Part shown: positions 39,101 through 52,060 of the stretch, piece by piece
Layout: each line of letters opens with the position of its first letter
How positions within the stretch are numbered: the stretch's first letter is position 1
Origin: Azolla caroliniana
Taxonomy: Eukaryota; Plantae; Polypodiophyta
Assembly: GCA_043228905.1 (NCBI GenBank)
Contig: JBHGNT010000015.1
Span: 8,494,001-8,558,000 of the forward strand
DNA length: 64,000 bases
Direction of reading: 5' to 3'
Program-made: the position numbers and the translations under genes
The notes under the pieces: generated by a model
What the model was told of the DNA's origin: nothing
What the model saw: the letters and a program-made list of their open reading frames with translations, nothing else
The model's database searches: none

Positions 39101-42100
39101 CTACCAGGCCTGTTAGCATATATATACTAAGTCATTTTCTTCTTTGAATGTAGAAGACATATGTATATGTATATGTGTGTCTATTCGATTGAATACGAAT
39201 TTGACTCTCTCACCGAATTCAATCAGCTAACCCCCGATTCGGTTCTTCGCAACCGACTATTCTTTTACTTTCCGAATTTCGACCAAATTTGGTAATTCGG
39301 TTTTTCGGCCGATTTCGGTAATTCGACTCCTTTCGGCTTTTCGGCCGATTTCGACCAGTCGACACTCAAGTCGACTTTTCGGCCGACTCCCCCGCAAGGA
39401 GGGACGCCTTTACACAACAAACTCCCCCTTCACTCCTGTAGGGGGAGAACCAACCAAGCCAATCTTATTCCGGCATGCAACAAGTTTTTCCATAGGCAAA
39501 ATTTTTGTGAGCATGTCTGAGCCATTTTCTTCAGTGGGGATCTTAGATAGAACAAACTCATTTTCTTCCACTCTTTCTCTTAACCAATGGTACCTTCTTT
39601 GAATGTGCTTTGTACGAGAGTGGTAGGTAGCATTTTTAGCCAGATGGATAGCACTTTGATTGTCACAATGAAGTAAGTACTTGTCTTGCTTCAATCCTAG
39701 TTCATTCAAGAACTCTCTCATCCAAATCAGTTCTTTTCCGGCTTCCACTGCAGCCATATACTCAGCCTCGGTGGTAGACAAAGCCACAACCTTTTGCAAT
39801 CTTGATTGCCATGACACAGCTCCCCCTGAATACGTCATCACATACCCTGATGTGGATCGGCTAGAATCTACATCACCCGACATGTTAGAATCTGTAAAAC
39901 CTTCTAGCACAGGTTTCCCGGAGCCATATCTAAGACATACATTCGAAGTTCCTTTGAGGTATCTAAGAATCCATTTCACAGCTTCCCAATGCTCCCTTCC
40001 AGGATTTCCCATGTATCGACTAACTGTCCCGACAGCAAATGCAATGTCCGGCCTTGTGCAAACCATAGCATACATAAGGCTACCAACCGCAGAGGCATAC
40101 GGCACTCTTCTCATCTCTGCCTTATCTTTCTCAGATTTCGGACATTGTCCTGAATTTAACTTACAGTCCATTGGCAATGGAGATCCGACCGATTTTGCAT
40201 CGCACATATTAAACCTTTGCAAAACTTTTGTCACATATTTCTCTTGTGACAGCCATAGCAAGTTTTCAGTCCTGTCCCGGACTATATGCATTCCCAAAAT
40301 TTGTTTTGCCGGTCCTAAGTCTTTCATGGCAAATGATTTGCTCAATGATTTCTTCAAGCTTGCAATCTTTTTGACATCCTGTCCAACAACCAACATATCA
40401 TCCACATACAACAACAGAATAAGAAAGTCACCCTCATTATACCTTTTCACAAATACACAATGATCGGCTTGTGTTTTGTGGAATCCATGTTCCAACATGA
40501 AGGACTCAAATTTCTTATACCATTGTCGTGGAGCTTGCTTTAAACCATACAAGCTTTTCTTCAACCTACACACGAGATTTTCTTTTCCTTTTACCTCAAA
40601 GCCCTCCGGTTGTTGCATATAGATTTCCTCTTCTAGCTCACCATGCAAGAAGGCTGTTTTAACATCTAGTTGTTCGATTTCAAGATTCATACTAGCGGCC
40701 ATACTCAAGACAGTCCGAATAGAGGTCATTTTTACAACTGGGGCAAAAATCTCATCAAAGCCAACACCCTTTTTCTGTTAGAAACCCTTTACGACGATAC
40801 GGGCCTTATACCTGGGTGTACTACCATCTTCACCAGTCTTTAATTTGTAGACCCATTTGTTTCTAAGTGCCTTCTTACCATCAGGCAACTCCATCAGCTC
40901 ATAAGTTAGGTTCTCATGCAAGGAATCCATTTCTTCTTGCATGGCATTATACCATTTCTCCTTGTGTACATCCATAGCAGTGATCGATTTGGGAGACAAC
41001 TCTGGTCTTTGTTGCTCCCAGTCCTCGATTGTCTTGTCTTCCATGAATATGACATCTCGACTTCTTATCACTTTCTTGTCAAGGAGATCCCACATTCTGT
41101 ACCCGAACTCGTCTTCCGAGTACCCCAAGAATATACAAGGTTTGGACTTGCTGTCCAGTTTTGACCTCTGATCTTTAGCAACATGTACATAGGCCAAACA
41201 TCCAAACACCTTTAAGTGTTAATAAGACACATTTCTTCTTGTCCACACTCTTTGTGGTACATCCCCCTTCAAAGGCACTGATGGAGACCTGTTTATGAGA
41301 TAAACAGCCGTCAACATTGCTTCAGCCCAATATGATTTTGGCAATTTTGCATGTGCCAACATGCTTCTTACCCTTTCCATTATGGTCCGATTCATTCTTT
41401 CTGCTAGACCATTTAGCTCAGGTGTCTTCGGCACCGTATACTCAAGTTTGATGCCTTGAGTCTTGCAATACATCTCAAATTGGCCTCTATATTCGCCACC
41501 GTTATCTGTCCGGACAGCCTTCAGCTTCTGTCCGGATTCTCTTTCTGCCCTGGCATGAAACTCTTTAAAGACCGACAACACTTGGTCTTTAGACACCAGC
41601 ACATAAGCCCACACTTTCCTACTGAAGTCATCAATAAATGTGACAAAGTATTGTCCTCCACGATGAGATGGGGCATCAACATAACATACATCGGTGTGAA
41701 CCAACTCTAAGGCATGCTCTCTCCTCATTGGAGGCCTAGAGTGAAACGCTGTTCTATTTTGCTTTCCAGCCAGGCAATCCACACACTTTTCCAAATGCAC
41801 TCCTTTCACCTCTGGTAGGAAATCCTTTTCCGCAAGGATATGCATTCCCCTTTCACTCATATGTCCGAGCCTTTTATGCCACAACTCACCATCTGAGCCA
41901 GCCACTACATTTGCTTCCTCTCGACACAACTTCCCATGCATTACATATAGTGTGTTCTGTTTTTGGGCTCGAGCCACGATCAGGCTCCCTTTACAGAACT
42001 TCCATGAACCATTTTGGAAGCCACCGCTGTACCCTTCATCGTCTAGCCGTCCAGCCGATATCAAGTTCAACCTGACATCCGGAACATGACGTACATCCTT

Positions 42101-44598
42101 CAACATTAACCTACAACCTGTAGATGTTAGCAAGCACACAGTTCCTATGCCCACAATCTTGCATTCCCCGTCATTTCCCATCTTTACATGACCATAGTCA
42201 CCCGCTGTGTAGGATGAGAAACATTCTCTTTTGGGAGTTAGGTGAAATGATGCATCGGAATCCACTACCCATGAGCTCTCAGCACTTGCAAGATTCACAC
42301 TAGCTTGTTCACATATGAACATCTCTTCCTCACTAGTTGCGATGGCTGAGGTATTTTTATCATCGGAGATTTTTCTAGGTTCGATCTCATCAGCCATGCC
42401 TTTGTCCTTCCTAAGGTGTCGACAATTCTTTTGGAAGTGACCAGGCTTCCCACAATAAAAACATGTAGGTCTTCCTCTAGATTTCGACCTAAACCTATCC
42501 CCATTTTCTGGACTTCTATGTTCTCTTCTACCTCTACTAAATTCTTGGGTCACATTAGCCTCCGATTGAGATAAAGCACTTTTATCCTTTCTTCTTGTCT
42601 CTTCATTTAGAATAGTCGTTTTTACTACTTGTAAGGATAAGTTGTCTTCTTTACATGAAGTGCTGAGTGTTACTATTAGGTTTTCCCAACTATCGGGTAG
42701 AGTACATAATAATAGTGTGGCCTGCATACAATCATCTAATGGGAACTTTGATGATGCTAATTGATTCACTAGTCCCATAAACGCACTAATGTGCTCTACT
42801 ATACTCTCCCCGTCTACATACTTCAGTCTCACTATCTTCCTCATCAAGAAGGTCTTATTTAAGGCATTTTTCCTTTCATAGAGAGCGGAAAGCTTATGCC
42901 ATAGCTCGAAGGCATTTGTGTCACTCGCTACATGTTGTAGGACACTAATGTCTACACATTGTCTTATGGTCGCCACTGCCTTCCTATTTAGGATTCTCCA
43001 CTCCGAATCTATTACCCCCTTTGGTATATCCTTGTTTTCTATAGGCTCATACAAGTCTTTTACTATTAGGAGATCTTCCATTTTGATCTTCCAATCGGAA
43101 TAGTTTTGTGAGTTCAAGACAATCATCCCAGGAAAGCCACTCACGCTCCCTTCCATCTAGAACCTATGCTCTGATACCAGTTTGAAAGAGTTTCACTCCG
43201 ATTCGAAATCAGAAATTGAACTTAGACGCAAACAGGAAATAAGAAAGAACACACAATTTACGTGGAAAACCCTGATTTAGGGTAAAACCACGGAACAGAA
43301 ATTTCACTATGAGAAATGACAGAATACAGTCACAGAACAATGAAACCTGATTTGGTATGAGCATGTACTGAAACCACGATTTCAGTCAAGCTCTTCAAAC
43401 TCTAGCACGCAGGTGACTATTCCTTCCGAAGCTTCCGAAGCTTCTCTGTCTTTTTCTCTTTTGCTTCACACTTCTTTTCTTCTTACTTAGCTTCTGAGTA
43501 CGTATACTCTTACACAGCCACTACTGTGCAGAAAACCAGTCGTTCTCAGATTTACCACACACACGCAACTCGTTTTTCTCTCAGATATATATATATGTCT
43601 CACACCCTCACCTACGCTATGTAGGTTTTCCCCTTTATTCACTATTTCACTCTTAGTGAGTTATCCCACATACAGGCGCACTACCAGGCCTGTTAGCATA
43701 TATATACTAAGTCATTTTCTTCTTTGAATGTAGAAGACATATGTATATGTATATGTGTGTCTATTCGACTGAATACGAATTTGACTCTCTCACCGAATTC
43801 GATCAGCTAACCCCCGATTCGGTTCTTCGCAACCGACTATTCTTTTACTTTCCGAATTTCGACCAAATTTGGTAATTCGGTTTTTCGGCCGATTTCGGTA
43901 ATTCGACTCCTTTCGGCTTTTCGGCCGATTTCGACCAGTCAACACTCAAGTCGACTTTTCGGCCGACTCCCCCGCAAGGAGGGACGCCTTTACACAACAT
44001 GTTGTACTATGAATTACTCGAAATCATACTGAGGGATTGAATATGAATTAATTAATGGATATACAGATGCAGATAATATGTTAGGTTGTACATATCCGTA
44101 GAAACATGCATGAACATATGTGTATACGTATATTTGAATACATCCATACATACATATAAGTAGATAGAGAGAGAATTTTCTCACCGTAAGGAGAACATTG
44201 AAACCTTGCTCCGCCTTGATCACCATTCTGTTCCATCCAGATTCTGAAGCAGATCCCTCTGTTTCTCCTTCATTAGTATTCGATCTATCTTCAGCCAGGA
44301 CAGACTTTACATTCACCCGTTTTCTGCATTATCATTAAAATAAGAAGAAATTCAGGCTGCTAGAAACCTTTCGAAGCATATTAGATTGCAAATTTCCTTC
44401 TTACCTGCAACAAAGACGAGGAAGAGGAGCCAGAAAGGTGGGAGCTCTGCGAGACGGGGAAGTAGAGAAGAAGGCGCGTTGAGTAGAAGACGAAATAGAA
44501 TAGCGATTGATGGGTGGAATGGCTATGCTCCTTAAGTTTGCAGAAAAAGGTATGGTGCTTCCATCCAAAGAAACTGAAGAATTGAAGAACAGGACCAT
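20919..44598 (-). CDS. PTOX: Plastid terminal oxidase (PTOX/IMMUTANS, plastoquinol oxidase), 9 exons, 1077-nt CDS, 358 aa
   Basis: Exons 44405-44598, 44185-44323, 22276-22369, 22029-22144, 21827-21935, 21627-21695, 21439-21510, 21245-21292, 20919-21154. All introns are GT..AG and phases join into one open frame. Contains [39 protein letters not shown], the PTOX-specific exon-8 peptide [21 protein letters not shown] and C-terminal CSGIIEC. N-terminus is Ser/Arg-rich, like a transit peptide. Confidence 0.96.
21245..21292 (-). CDS. PTOX: PTOX exon 8 (48-nt PTOX-specific exon)
   Basis: [16 protein letters not shown]; the 16-codon exon 8 distinguishes PTOX from mitochondrial AOX. Confidence 0.95.
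21439..21510 (-). CDS. PTOX: PTOX exon 7
   Basis: [24 protein letters not shown]; AG/GT borders. Confidence 0.95.
21627..21695 (-). CDS. PTOX: PTOX exon 6
   Basis: [23 protein letters not shown]; AG/GT borders. Confidence 0.95.
21827..21935 (-). CDS. PTOX: PTOX exon 5
   Basis: [36 protein letters not shown]; AG/GT borders. Confidence 0.95.
22029..22144 (-). CDS. PTOX: PTOX exon 4
   Basis: [38 protein letters not shown], with ExxH motif; AG/GT borders. Confidence 0.96.
22276..22369 (-). CDS. PTOX: PTOX exon 3
   Basis: TGTAG| [31 protein letters not shown] |GTAAC; carries the first di-iron Glu. Confidence 0.95.
22745..27169 (+). mobile_element. 5'-truncated non-LTR retrotransposon (LINE, RTE-X-like), copy 1, pseudogenised
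   Basis: ORF1 C-terminus (IYLDDDLT). ORF2 APE endonuclease (TIWNC, GDFNART), RT ([28 protein letters not shown]) and C-terminal LRTSSH..ERICQLC..EH..C finger. (TCTT)n tail, TSD TCTACA. Confidence 0.93.
29567..34231 (-). mobile_element. LINE (RTE-X-like) copy 2, inverted relative to copy 1, 3' tail lost
   Basis: Same ORF1/APE/RT/finger on the minus strand (ORFs 33351-33716, 32880-33281, 32412-32819, 31371-32381, 30134-30541). Similarity to copy 1 stops at CACATGTG near 29567. Confidence 0.93.
30951..31375 (+). mobile_element. Solo Copia LTR inserted in LINE copy 2
   Basis: TGTTGGAGGGTGG...TTCTCATA, TSD ATGTG on both sides. Same LTR family as 22664 and 38152. Splits the RT thumb motif YTYLG. 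Confidence 0.9.
34412..35313 (-). mobile_element. Copia 5' fragment (partial LTR, PBS, gag)
   Basis: Gag from 34944 ([29 protein letters not shown]), degenerate PBS TGGTATTAGAGT at 35033-35022, LTR-like sequence from 35036. Confidence 0.8.
35314..36480 (-). mobile_element. Gypsy gag fragment with LTR edge
   Basis: [49 protein letters not shown] (retrotransposon gag-like). Probable LTR end at 36323 with a minus-strand AATAAA. Confidence 0.6.
38603..43999 (-). mobile_element. Young full-length Tork/Tnt1-like Copia in PTOX intron 2, same orientation as the gene
   Basis: 817-bp LTRs 38603-39419 and 43183-43999 (about 7 mismatches by eye), TSD TGTTG, PBS at 43179-43168, PPT AAGGGGGAG. Polyprotein 43156->39410 has two in-frame stops (41219, 40778) and a shortened IN-RT linker. 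Confidence 0.97.
44185..44323 (-). CDS. PTOX: PTOX exon 2
   Basis: Acceptor TGCAG|, peptide [12 protein letters not shown]...[17 protein letters not shown] resembling the PTOX WVIKLEQGVNVFLT motif, phase-0 donor |GTGAG. Confidence 0.92.
44405..44598 (-). CDS. PTOX: PTOX exon 1 (chloroplast transit peptide)
   Basis: ATG at 44598 ([13 protein letters not shown]...PRLCC), donor AG|GTAAG at 44404, 81-nt intron 1. Start codon choice is inferred. Confidence 0.8.
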
Positions 44599-44769
44599 CG
44601 CCAAATTTGCGCGAGACAGAAACGTAAGAGTTGTTAGATATTTCTGTACATATCTTCTGTGGAAGAAAAGATCAGCCAAAGCAACAAAAACATGACTTGT
44701 ATTCTCATTCTCATACAACTCATTTCTTTAGTCCTAAGTTCTAAGTTAACATAAGTGCATGTATGTACT

Positions 44770-44775
44770 CACGTG
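44770..44775. promoter_or_regulatory. G-box (CACGTG) in the PTOX proximal promoter
   Basis: Exact CACGTG about 170 bp upstream of the ATG. A 6-mer can occur by chance. Confidence 0.3.
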
Positions 44776-46255
44776 CACTTGTGTTTGTGGCCCTCTTTCA
44801 TCCATCCATCTTACAATGAGATGATCCACATTATTGAACAACAACATTGTACTAGACAATTTTTTAACATCACAACTAAAAATGATCGGTATTAATTTGG
44901 TTGTGACATAATAAACTTACTTACCTTACTACCTATATTCATTACAACCCAAACGGAGCCATTTCCTTTGAATTATGAATAGCTCACAAGAAATTCCATT
45001 GACATATTGTTTGACTTACATTGGGTATTTGCAAAGATAACACTTACCTACCTTGACACTTGACGCATTGCCATGCACACTCAACAAATCAGTTTCGTAA
45101 TAATTACGTGGTTACCCGGCGAACAGGCTAGTGCCCAAACCAACCTAATGCACACCATTTAGCCCTATATACATGTTGAGAACCAAACTCAACTTCCCTT
45201 GTGTGGAAACAGACCTTAGGAATAGCCAAGTGTGTGAACATCCCACCACCTTGTCTCATAACTAATGTGTCATAGAACATAACTTCTATGACACATAGTT
45301 AATAGGTAGGTAGTTAAGTCCCCACCTCTTTCCCAAGAGGTAGTAAGAGAGTGTAGAGAGAAGGTGACTATATAAGCACCTTCTCCTCTTCTTTGTAGTT
45401 TTGGTTATTGTTTTCATGTGCATATAGTTTTCTTGTTTTCTGTCTATTCCGTGTCAACAATTTCTCTCACACACACACATACACACAGATATCTATTCCA
45501 CTGCACATAATCACACTTGATTCGTTACATGGTATCAAAGAAGTTTGGTAGCTTGATCTAAGCCCATCCGCGTGTGGTGTGCCTACGTCAACGTTCAAAG
45601 AAGAACCAGCTGATCGTTATTGGTGTGACCCTACATAGTTCGTATCACAAAGAAGAAGAAAACCTGTTCAAACCAGTCAACCATCATGAATACTCAAATG
45701 GGTAACTCCCTCCCTAGTGAAAAGCTAGATCGAAACAAATTTGCATCTTGGGAATACAAGATGCACCAATACCTTGTCGGCCAAGGCTATTGTAGTTATA
45801 TCAAAGGAGCACAAGAAACTTAACCCAACCCAACACATGTCAACTACCCAACATGGTAACATGCGGCAAGTCGTGTGTTGTATTGTTTGACATCATGCGT
45901 TCATGATCACATGCTCGACTATATCAAAGAGGCCAAGACACCAAAGGAAGCTTGGGGGAACCTCAAGAAGATTTTCGCGCCCAACACAACTGCATGTAAA
46001 CTTCAACAACGCTAAGAGTTGAATAACATCCAACAAAGGGATATGTCAATCACAAGGTAAACCTTGAAAATCAAAGAGTTATGTGACTCCCTCAGCTTGA
46101 TCAATGTTAATATTGATGACGATGAAATGGTGCAAATATGCCTCGATGGCCTAGTGTCAAGGATAGTACTAGAGGCAAGGAGAATTAGTACTAAAGATAG
46201 CAGAGAAGAATGAGGATTAGTACTAAGAAGGGAAAGAGTGTGTGAGAATCACGAG

Positions 46256-46295
<40 letters not shown>

Positions 46296-46468
46296 TGACA
46301 ATAAAAAGTATATTATATTATATGAAGAAAGATACAAGAACGGCTAGGAGGCTTAAGACTGACATTGAACTGAATTGGTTCTCAATAATGCCATGTGCCT
46401 CTTTTTATAGTGTGCTTAGGAGTACTCTTGACATTTCTAGAATGTTCCAGAGAAATCTTGAATATACA

Positions 46469-46533
46469 TAATGTATAGCATAATGGTAGGGCTTCAATCT
46501 TTGTGACACGAGGTCATGGTTTCAAATCGTTTT
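46469..46533 (+). ncRNA. Second copy of the tRNA-derived cassette, in the chromovirus 3' LTR
   Basis: TAGCATAATGGTAGGGC..AGGTCATGGTTTCAAATCGTTTT; same position in the LTR, B box more degenerate. Confidence 0.55.
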
Positions 46534-46816
46534 GAAGCCATACCATGCTATATCATGACACTACCCCCCCCCTTAAGACGACGAGTGTTATGAGTCATCT
46601 TACATTGAGGACCTGGTTTGTCGGGATATTGTCGATGGAAGTCCTCAATAAGAGCTCAAGCATTTGCTACATTCTCAATTGGTTCCCAAGTATGCTCGCT
46701 TGGACTATAGCCTAGCCAATCAACCAAATAGTAGAGCTTGTTGCGAACAATCTTGGAATCAAGGATGGCAGCAACTTTGTACTCCGATCCTGCTTCAAGC
46801 TCGATTGGGGGTGGAG

Positions 46817-49800
46817 TGATGGGAACTAAACCGCTCCATATACGCAACGCTCGGCCACAACCGAGCTTAGGATCATACACAGAAAATGGGAAATAATGAA
46901 CGACACGAAGAAGAGACGAGTACGCAGGATGTTTACATGGAAAACCCAAACTAAGGGAAAAACCACGGCAGCCCACAGGCTACAAACTATCACTATGTTA
47001 GAATGTACAGTGAGTTCACGGAGGCAATGACCTCATGCTCACGATTCTCGCCACAGGCGGCGGTTACAACAGAGGCAACGACCTCTTTCTATCTCTCTCT
47101 CTCTCTCTGTACATAGTTACACGCTCTCACTCACCTTGCACCAACAAGAATGACAACAAAACCATAACTCAAAGTTTGCCCTAAGTCATATTTATACTAA
47201 TATGACTTTTCGGCTATTTACAAATATAGCCTCGATGGTCTCTCAGAAACATATTTACGAATATGTCTCTTCATCCAGTGAGCATTCCTCACCGGGTCTG
47301 CACCATCCGGCTCTCCGTAGCCGGGTACTCCTCATCCGGTTTCGGTCTCGGCCGAGTTTGTTCATCGGCATTGTTCTTCTCTCTTCCATCCGGCGGGACC
47401 TGTCTCCCAACGAACTCCCCCTTCACTCCGGCATGGGGTGTCTGACTAGTCCAATCCGCTTTCGGCATGCATCCAGCTTGTCGGGTATCAACACTTTGGT
47501 CAGCATATCTGACCCGTTCTCGGCCGTGTGGATCTTCGTCAGCGCGAACTCCTGGTCATCTACTCTTTCCCGGATCCAGTGATACCTTCGTTGGATATGC
47601 TTCATCCGGGAATGGTAGGCCTCATTCTTAGCAAGGTGGATGCAACTTTGACTGTCGCAATAGAGTCGGTATTCATCTTGCCGGATACTGAGCTCTCCGA
47701 TGAAGTCCTTCATCCATAATATTTCCTTGCTGGCTTCCACAGCCGCCATGTACTCCGCCTCCGTGGTTGACAATGCAACTGTCTTCTACAACCTCGACTG
47801 CCACGAGACAGCTCCCCCTGCATATGTCATTACATACCCGGATGTAGACCAGCTGGTATCCACATCAGCCGACATGTCCGAGTCGGTGAAACCATCAAGT
47901 TGAGGTCTTCCGGAACCGAATTGGAGACACATATTTGAAGTGCCCTTCAAATACTGGAGTATCCATTTGACTGCGTTCCAATGCTCCTTGCCGGGATTGC
48001 TCATAAACCGGCTCACCACTCTGACTGCATATCCTATATCCGGTCGGGTACACACCAATGCGTACATCAAGCTCCCGACGGCAGAGGCATATGGAATCTT
48101 CATCATATCCGCCTTCTCTGCTTTCGTCTTCGGGCTTTGCTTTCTGGATAGCTTGCAGTTTGCCGGAAGTGTCGATCCGACCGGTTTCGCCTCTGACATG
48201 TTGAACCGGCGAAGCACCTTTGTCACGTACTTCTCCTGTGACAGCCACAATTGCTTCATTGGCTAGTTCCGGATGATATGCATCCCCAGTATCTGTCTTG
48301 CTGGACCCAAGTCTTTCATTGAGAAGGTCCAGTTGAGAGCCTTCTTCAGCATCCGTATTTTGACTTGGTCCCGTCCGATGATCAACATGTCATCCACGTA
48401 TAGAAGGAGTATCAGGAAGTCGCCTCCTTCGAACTTCTTCACAAACACACAGTGATCGGCCTGCGTCTTGTGGTACCCTTGATCGATCATGAAGGAGTCA
48501 AACTTCCGGTACCATTGCCGAGGAGCCTGCTTCAGTCCGTACAGGCTCTTCTTCAACCGGCATACCAGGTGCCCCTTCCCTTTCTCCACGAATCCTTCCG
48601 GTTGATGCATGTAGATCTCCTCTTCGAGGTCGCCGTGAAGGAATGTCGTCTTCACGTCCAGCTGCTCTACCTCGAGGTCCATGCTTGCTGCTATACTCAG
48701 CACCGTCCGGATGGAGGTCATCTTTACTATCGGGGCAAATATCTCGTCAAAGTCCACGCCCTTTTTCTGCTGGAATCCCTTCACCACGATCCTGGCTTTG
48801 TATCTCGGGGGGTTGTCGGCATCTCCCGGTTTCAACTTGTACACCCACTTATTTCGGAGTGCCCGCTTTCCTTTCGACAACTCCACCAATTCGTACGTAT
48901 GGTTCTCACGCAGGGAATCCATCTCATCCTGCATGGCACTTAACCATTTTCGGCTGTGGGTGTCATCATTCGCTTCTTCGAAGCTTTCCGGCTCCCCCTC
49001 ATCGGTCAGCAGCACATGCTCTGCATCCGGAAATCTCTGGGGGGCCCTTCTCTCTCTGAGAGGATATCTCCGTCTTCGGGCTTCGGTAACCGGCTCCTCC
49101 ATTTGCTCTTCATCCGAATCTGATTCGGGGACTTGGCCGGTTCCGGATTCGGCTTCCTCTACTTCTTCTTCAGCCTGTTCGGTATCCTCACCGTAACCGG
49201 CTGGTTCCTCGAGTGCTAACCGGTCTCTTGCCGGTTGGTTCTGTTCATCGTAGAGTCGATCCTTACCGGTCGACTCAGAGTTCATTATCTTCTTCTCCGA
49301 CTCCCAGTCGGCGAGCGTCTTGTCCTCCATGAAGATAATATCTCGACTCCGGAATACCTTCTTGTCGGCCAGGTCCCACACTCGGTAGCCGAACTCATCG
49401 TCACCGTAACCGAGGAATATGCATGGCCGGGTCTTTGGATCTAGTTTTCCTCTCCGGTCCTTAGCTACATGCACGTACGCGAGACACCCGAACACCTTCA
49501 GATGCCGGTAGGATACTTCCTTACCGGTCCACACTCTCTGTGGCGTGTCTCCGTCCAAGGGTACTGAGGGTGATCTATTTATCACATATGTCGCCGTCGA
49601 TAGTGCCTCAACCCAAAACTTCTTGGGTAGTTTTGCATGCGCTAGCATACTCCGAACCCTCTCCATTATGGTCCGGTTCATCCTCTCGGCCAGTCCGTTT
49701 AGTTCTGGCGTCTTCGGCACGGTAAATTCGAGCCGGATTCCCTTCGAGCAGTAGTACTCCTCGAACTGCTCCCGGTATTCTCCTCCGTTATCTGCTCGAA

Positions 49801-51763
49801 CCGCCTTCAGCTTCCAGCCAGTTTCTCTTTCCACTCTCGCGTGGAGCTCTTTGAAGACGGATAGCACCTGATCCTTCATTTTCAACGGTGTGGTCCACAG
49901 CTTCCGGTTGTGGTCATCTATGAATGTCACGAAGTACTGCACTCTGGCATGTGACTTCGTGTCTACTTGACACACATCCATATGCACCAACTCCAGTGGT
50001 GCATTACGTCTCATTGGTGGCCTTGGTCGGAAGGAGGTCCGGTTTTGCTTACCGGCCAGACAATTAGTGCACTTCTCCAAGTGTACGTTCTTCACTGGAA
50101 TGAGGTTGTCATCTGCAAGCCTCTTTATCCCCTTCTCACTCATATGACACAACCTCTTGTGCCACAGCTCACCGACAGTGTCGGATGCCACGTTCACTTC
50201 TTCCGGACATAACCGAGCATTCATCAGGTACAACGTGTTTACCTTCTGGGCCCGAGCCATAATCAGGCTCCCTTTGCTGAACTTCATGACACCGTTCCGG
50301 ATGCTACCCGTGTAGCCTTCATCATCTAGTCGACCGGCTGATATCAGATTCAGACGAACCTCCGGAACGTGTCGGACATCCTTCAGCAGCAACTTGCATC
50401 CGGTTGGTGTTGTCAGCCACACGTCTCCTATGCCGACAATTCGGCATGTACCTTCATTCCCCATCCGGACACAGCCATGATCACCGGCTGAGTAGAATGA
50501 GAAGCATTTCCGGTCTGGGGTAAGGTGGAACGACGCTCCGGAGTCTACCACCCAGGTCATCTCATCGCAGGCAAGGTTTATCTCACTCTCCTCGGTGATG
50601 AGCATCAACTCTTCTTCACTTACCGCGATTGCCATCGTCCCCTTCCGGTTCGGCCCCCTCCGGTCTTTACCATTCCGGTCCGGTATCCGCTTCGAATCGG
50701 TACCGTCGGTTTCCTTGTCCTTTCGGAAATGCCGACAGTTCTTTTGGAAGTGTCTCGGCTTGCCACAATAGAAGCAAGTAGGCCTTCCCCTTGACTTTGA
50801 CCGTGTCCCCGACTTCTCCCGGTTCTGGGGACTACGGTTTCTATGTCTTCCGCGTTCTGATTCGGTAAGGAGCGCTTTGGAGTCGCAACTCATATATTTA
50901 TCTTTCCGACGCGCCTCCTCATCTAGCAAGCTCGACTTTACTCTTGCTAGGGATAACCGTTTTCCTTCCGGCCCGGCGTTGCCCAAAGTGACAACCAGTG
51001 TCTCCCAGCTATCCGGGAGGGAACCGAGCAGGAGTAGCGCTAGTACCTCATCGGCGAGAGGTACTTCCAATGAAGTTGCCTGGTGGATCAGCCCCTGGAA
51101 GGCATTCATGTGCTCCGCCATGTTGGAGCCATCATGGTACCGGAGTCTTACTAGCTTCCGGAATACCGAAACCTGATTAACAACATTTTTGTTTTGAAAC
51201 ATTATGCCGATCTTCTCCCAGAGCTCATGAGCCTTGCTCTCTTCATTGAAGTTGTTGTATAGGCTCATGTTGATGAAGCACCGTATGTACGCTGTTGTCT
51301 TCATGTGCATCACCTCCCATATCGCGGCGTCGATTTTGTCCGGTCTCTTGTCCCCGAACTGAACCGGCAGCCAGAGGTCTTTAACCACGAGCATGTCCCT
51401 CATCTTCGACTTCCATACCGAATAGTTGGAGCCGGTGAGCTTGAACATGCCTCGCAACGAATTGTCCATTTTCTATGTCGTTTCGCTCTGATACCACTTG
51501 ACGGGAATTAAACGCTCCCTATACACAACGCTCGGCCACAACCGAGCTTAGAATCATACACAGAAAACGGGAAATAAAGCACGACACGAAGAAGAGAGGT
51601 GTACGCAAGATGTTTACGTGGAAAACCCAAAACTAAGGGAAAAAACCACGACAGCCCACAAGCTACAAACTATCACTATGTTAGAATGTATAGTGAGTTC
51701 ACGAAGGCAACAACCTCGTGCTCACGATTCTCGCCACAAGCGGCGGTTACAACAGAGGCAACG

Positions 51764-51820
<57 letters not shown>

Positions 51821-52060
51821 CACAGTTACACGCTCTCACTCACCTTGCACCAACAAGAATGACAACAAAACCATAACTCAAAGTTTGCCCTAAGTCATAT
51901 TTATACTAATATGACTTTTCGGCTATTTACAAATATAGCCTCGATGGACTCTCAGAAACATATTTACGAATATGTCTCTTCATCCGGTTTTGGCCTCAGC
52001 CGAGTTTGTTCATCGGCACTGTTCTTCTCTCTTCCATCCGAAGGGACCTGTCTCCCAACA
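46817..52060 (-). mobile_element. Full-length Tork/Tnt1-like Copia nested in the chromovirus integrase-chromodomain linker
   Basis: LTRs 46817-47412 and 51499-52060, TSD TGGAG, PBS TGGTATCAGAGC, PPT AAGGGGGAG. Polyprotein 51469->47423 with stops at 48263 and 47786 (1068-aa open part). Confidence 0.97.
51766..51817. repeat. (CT)n microsatellite in a Copia LTR
   Basis: Long perfect CT run; shorter and interrupted in the sister LTR near 47084. Confidence 0.9.

Noticed and set aside
39681-40463. 260-aa plus-strand ORF (and similar ones at 47700-49200)
   Set aside because: Antisense shadows of Copia RT/RNase H coding sequence.
44599-44718. Upstream extension of the exon 1 ORF (MYENENT...)
   Set aside because: The ORF-track start is a non-ATG codon and the peptide is unlike a transit peptide; ATG 44598 gives a typical PTOX length.
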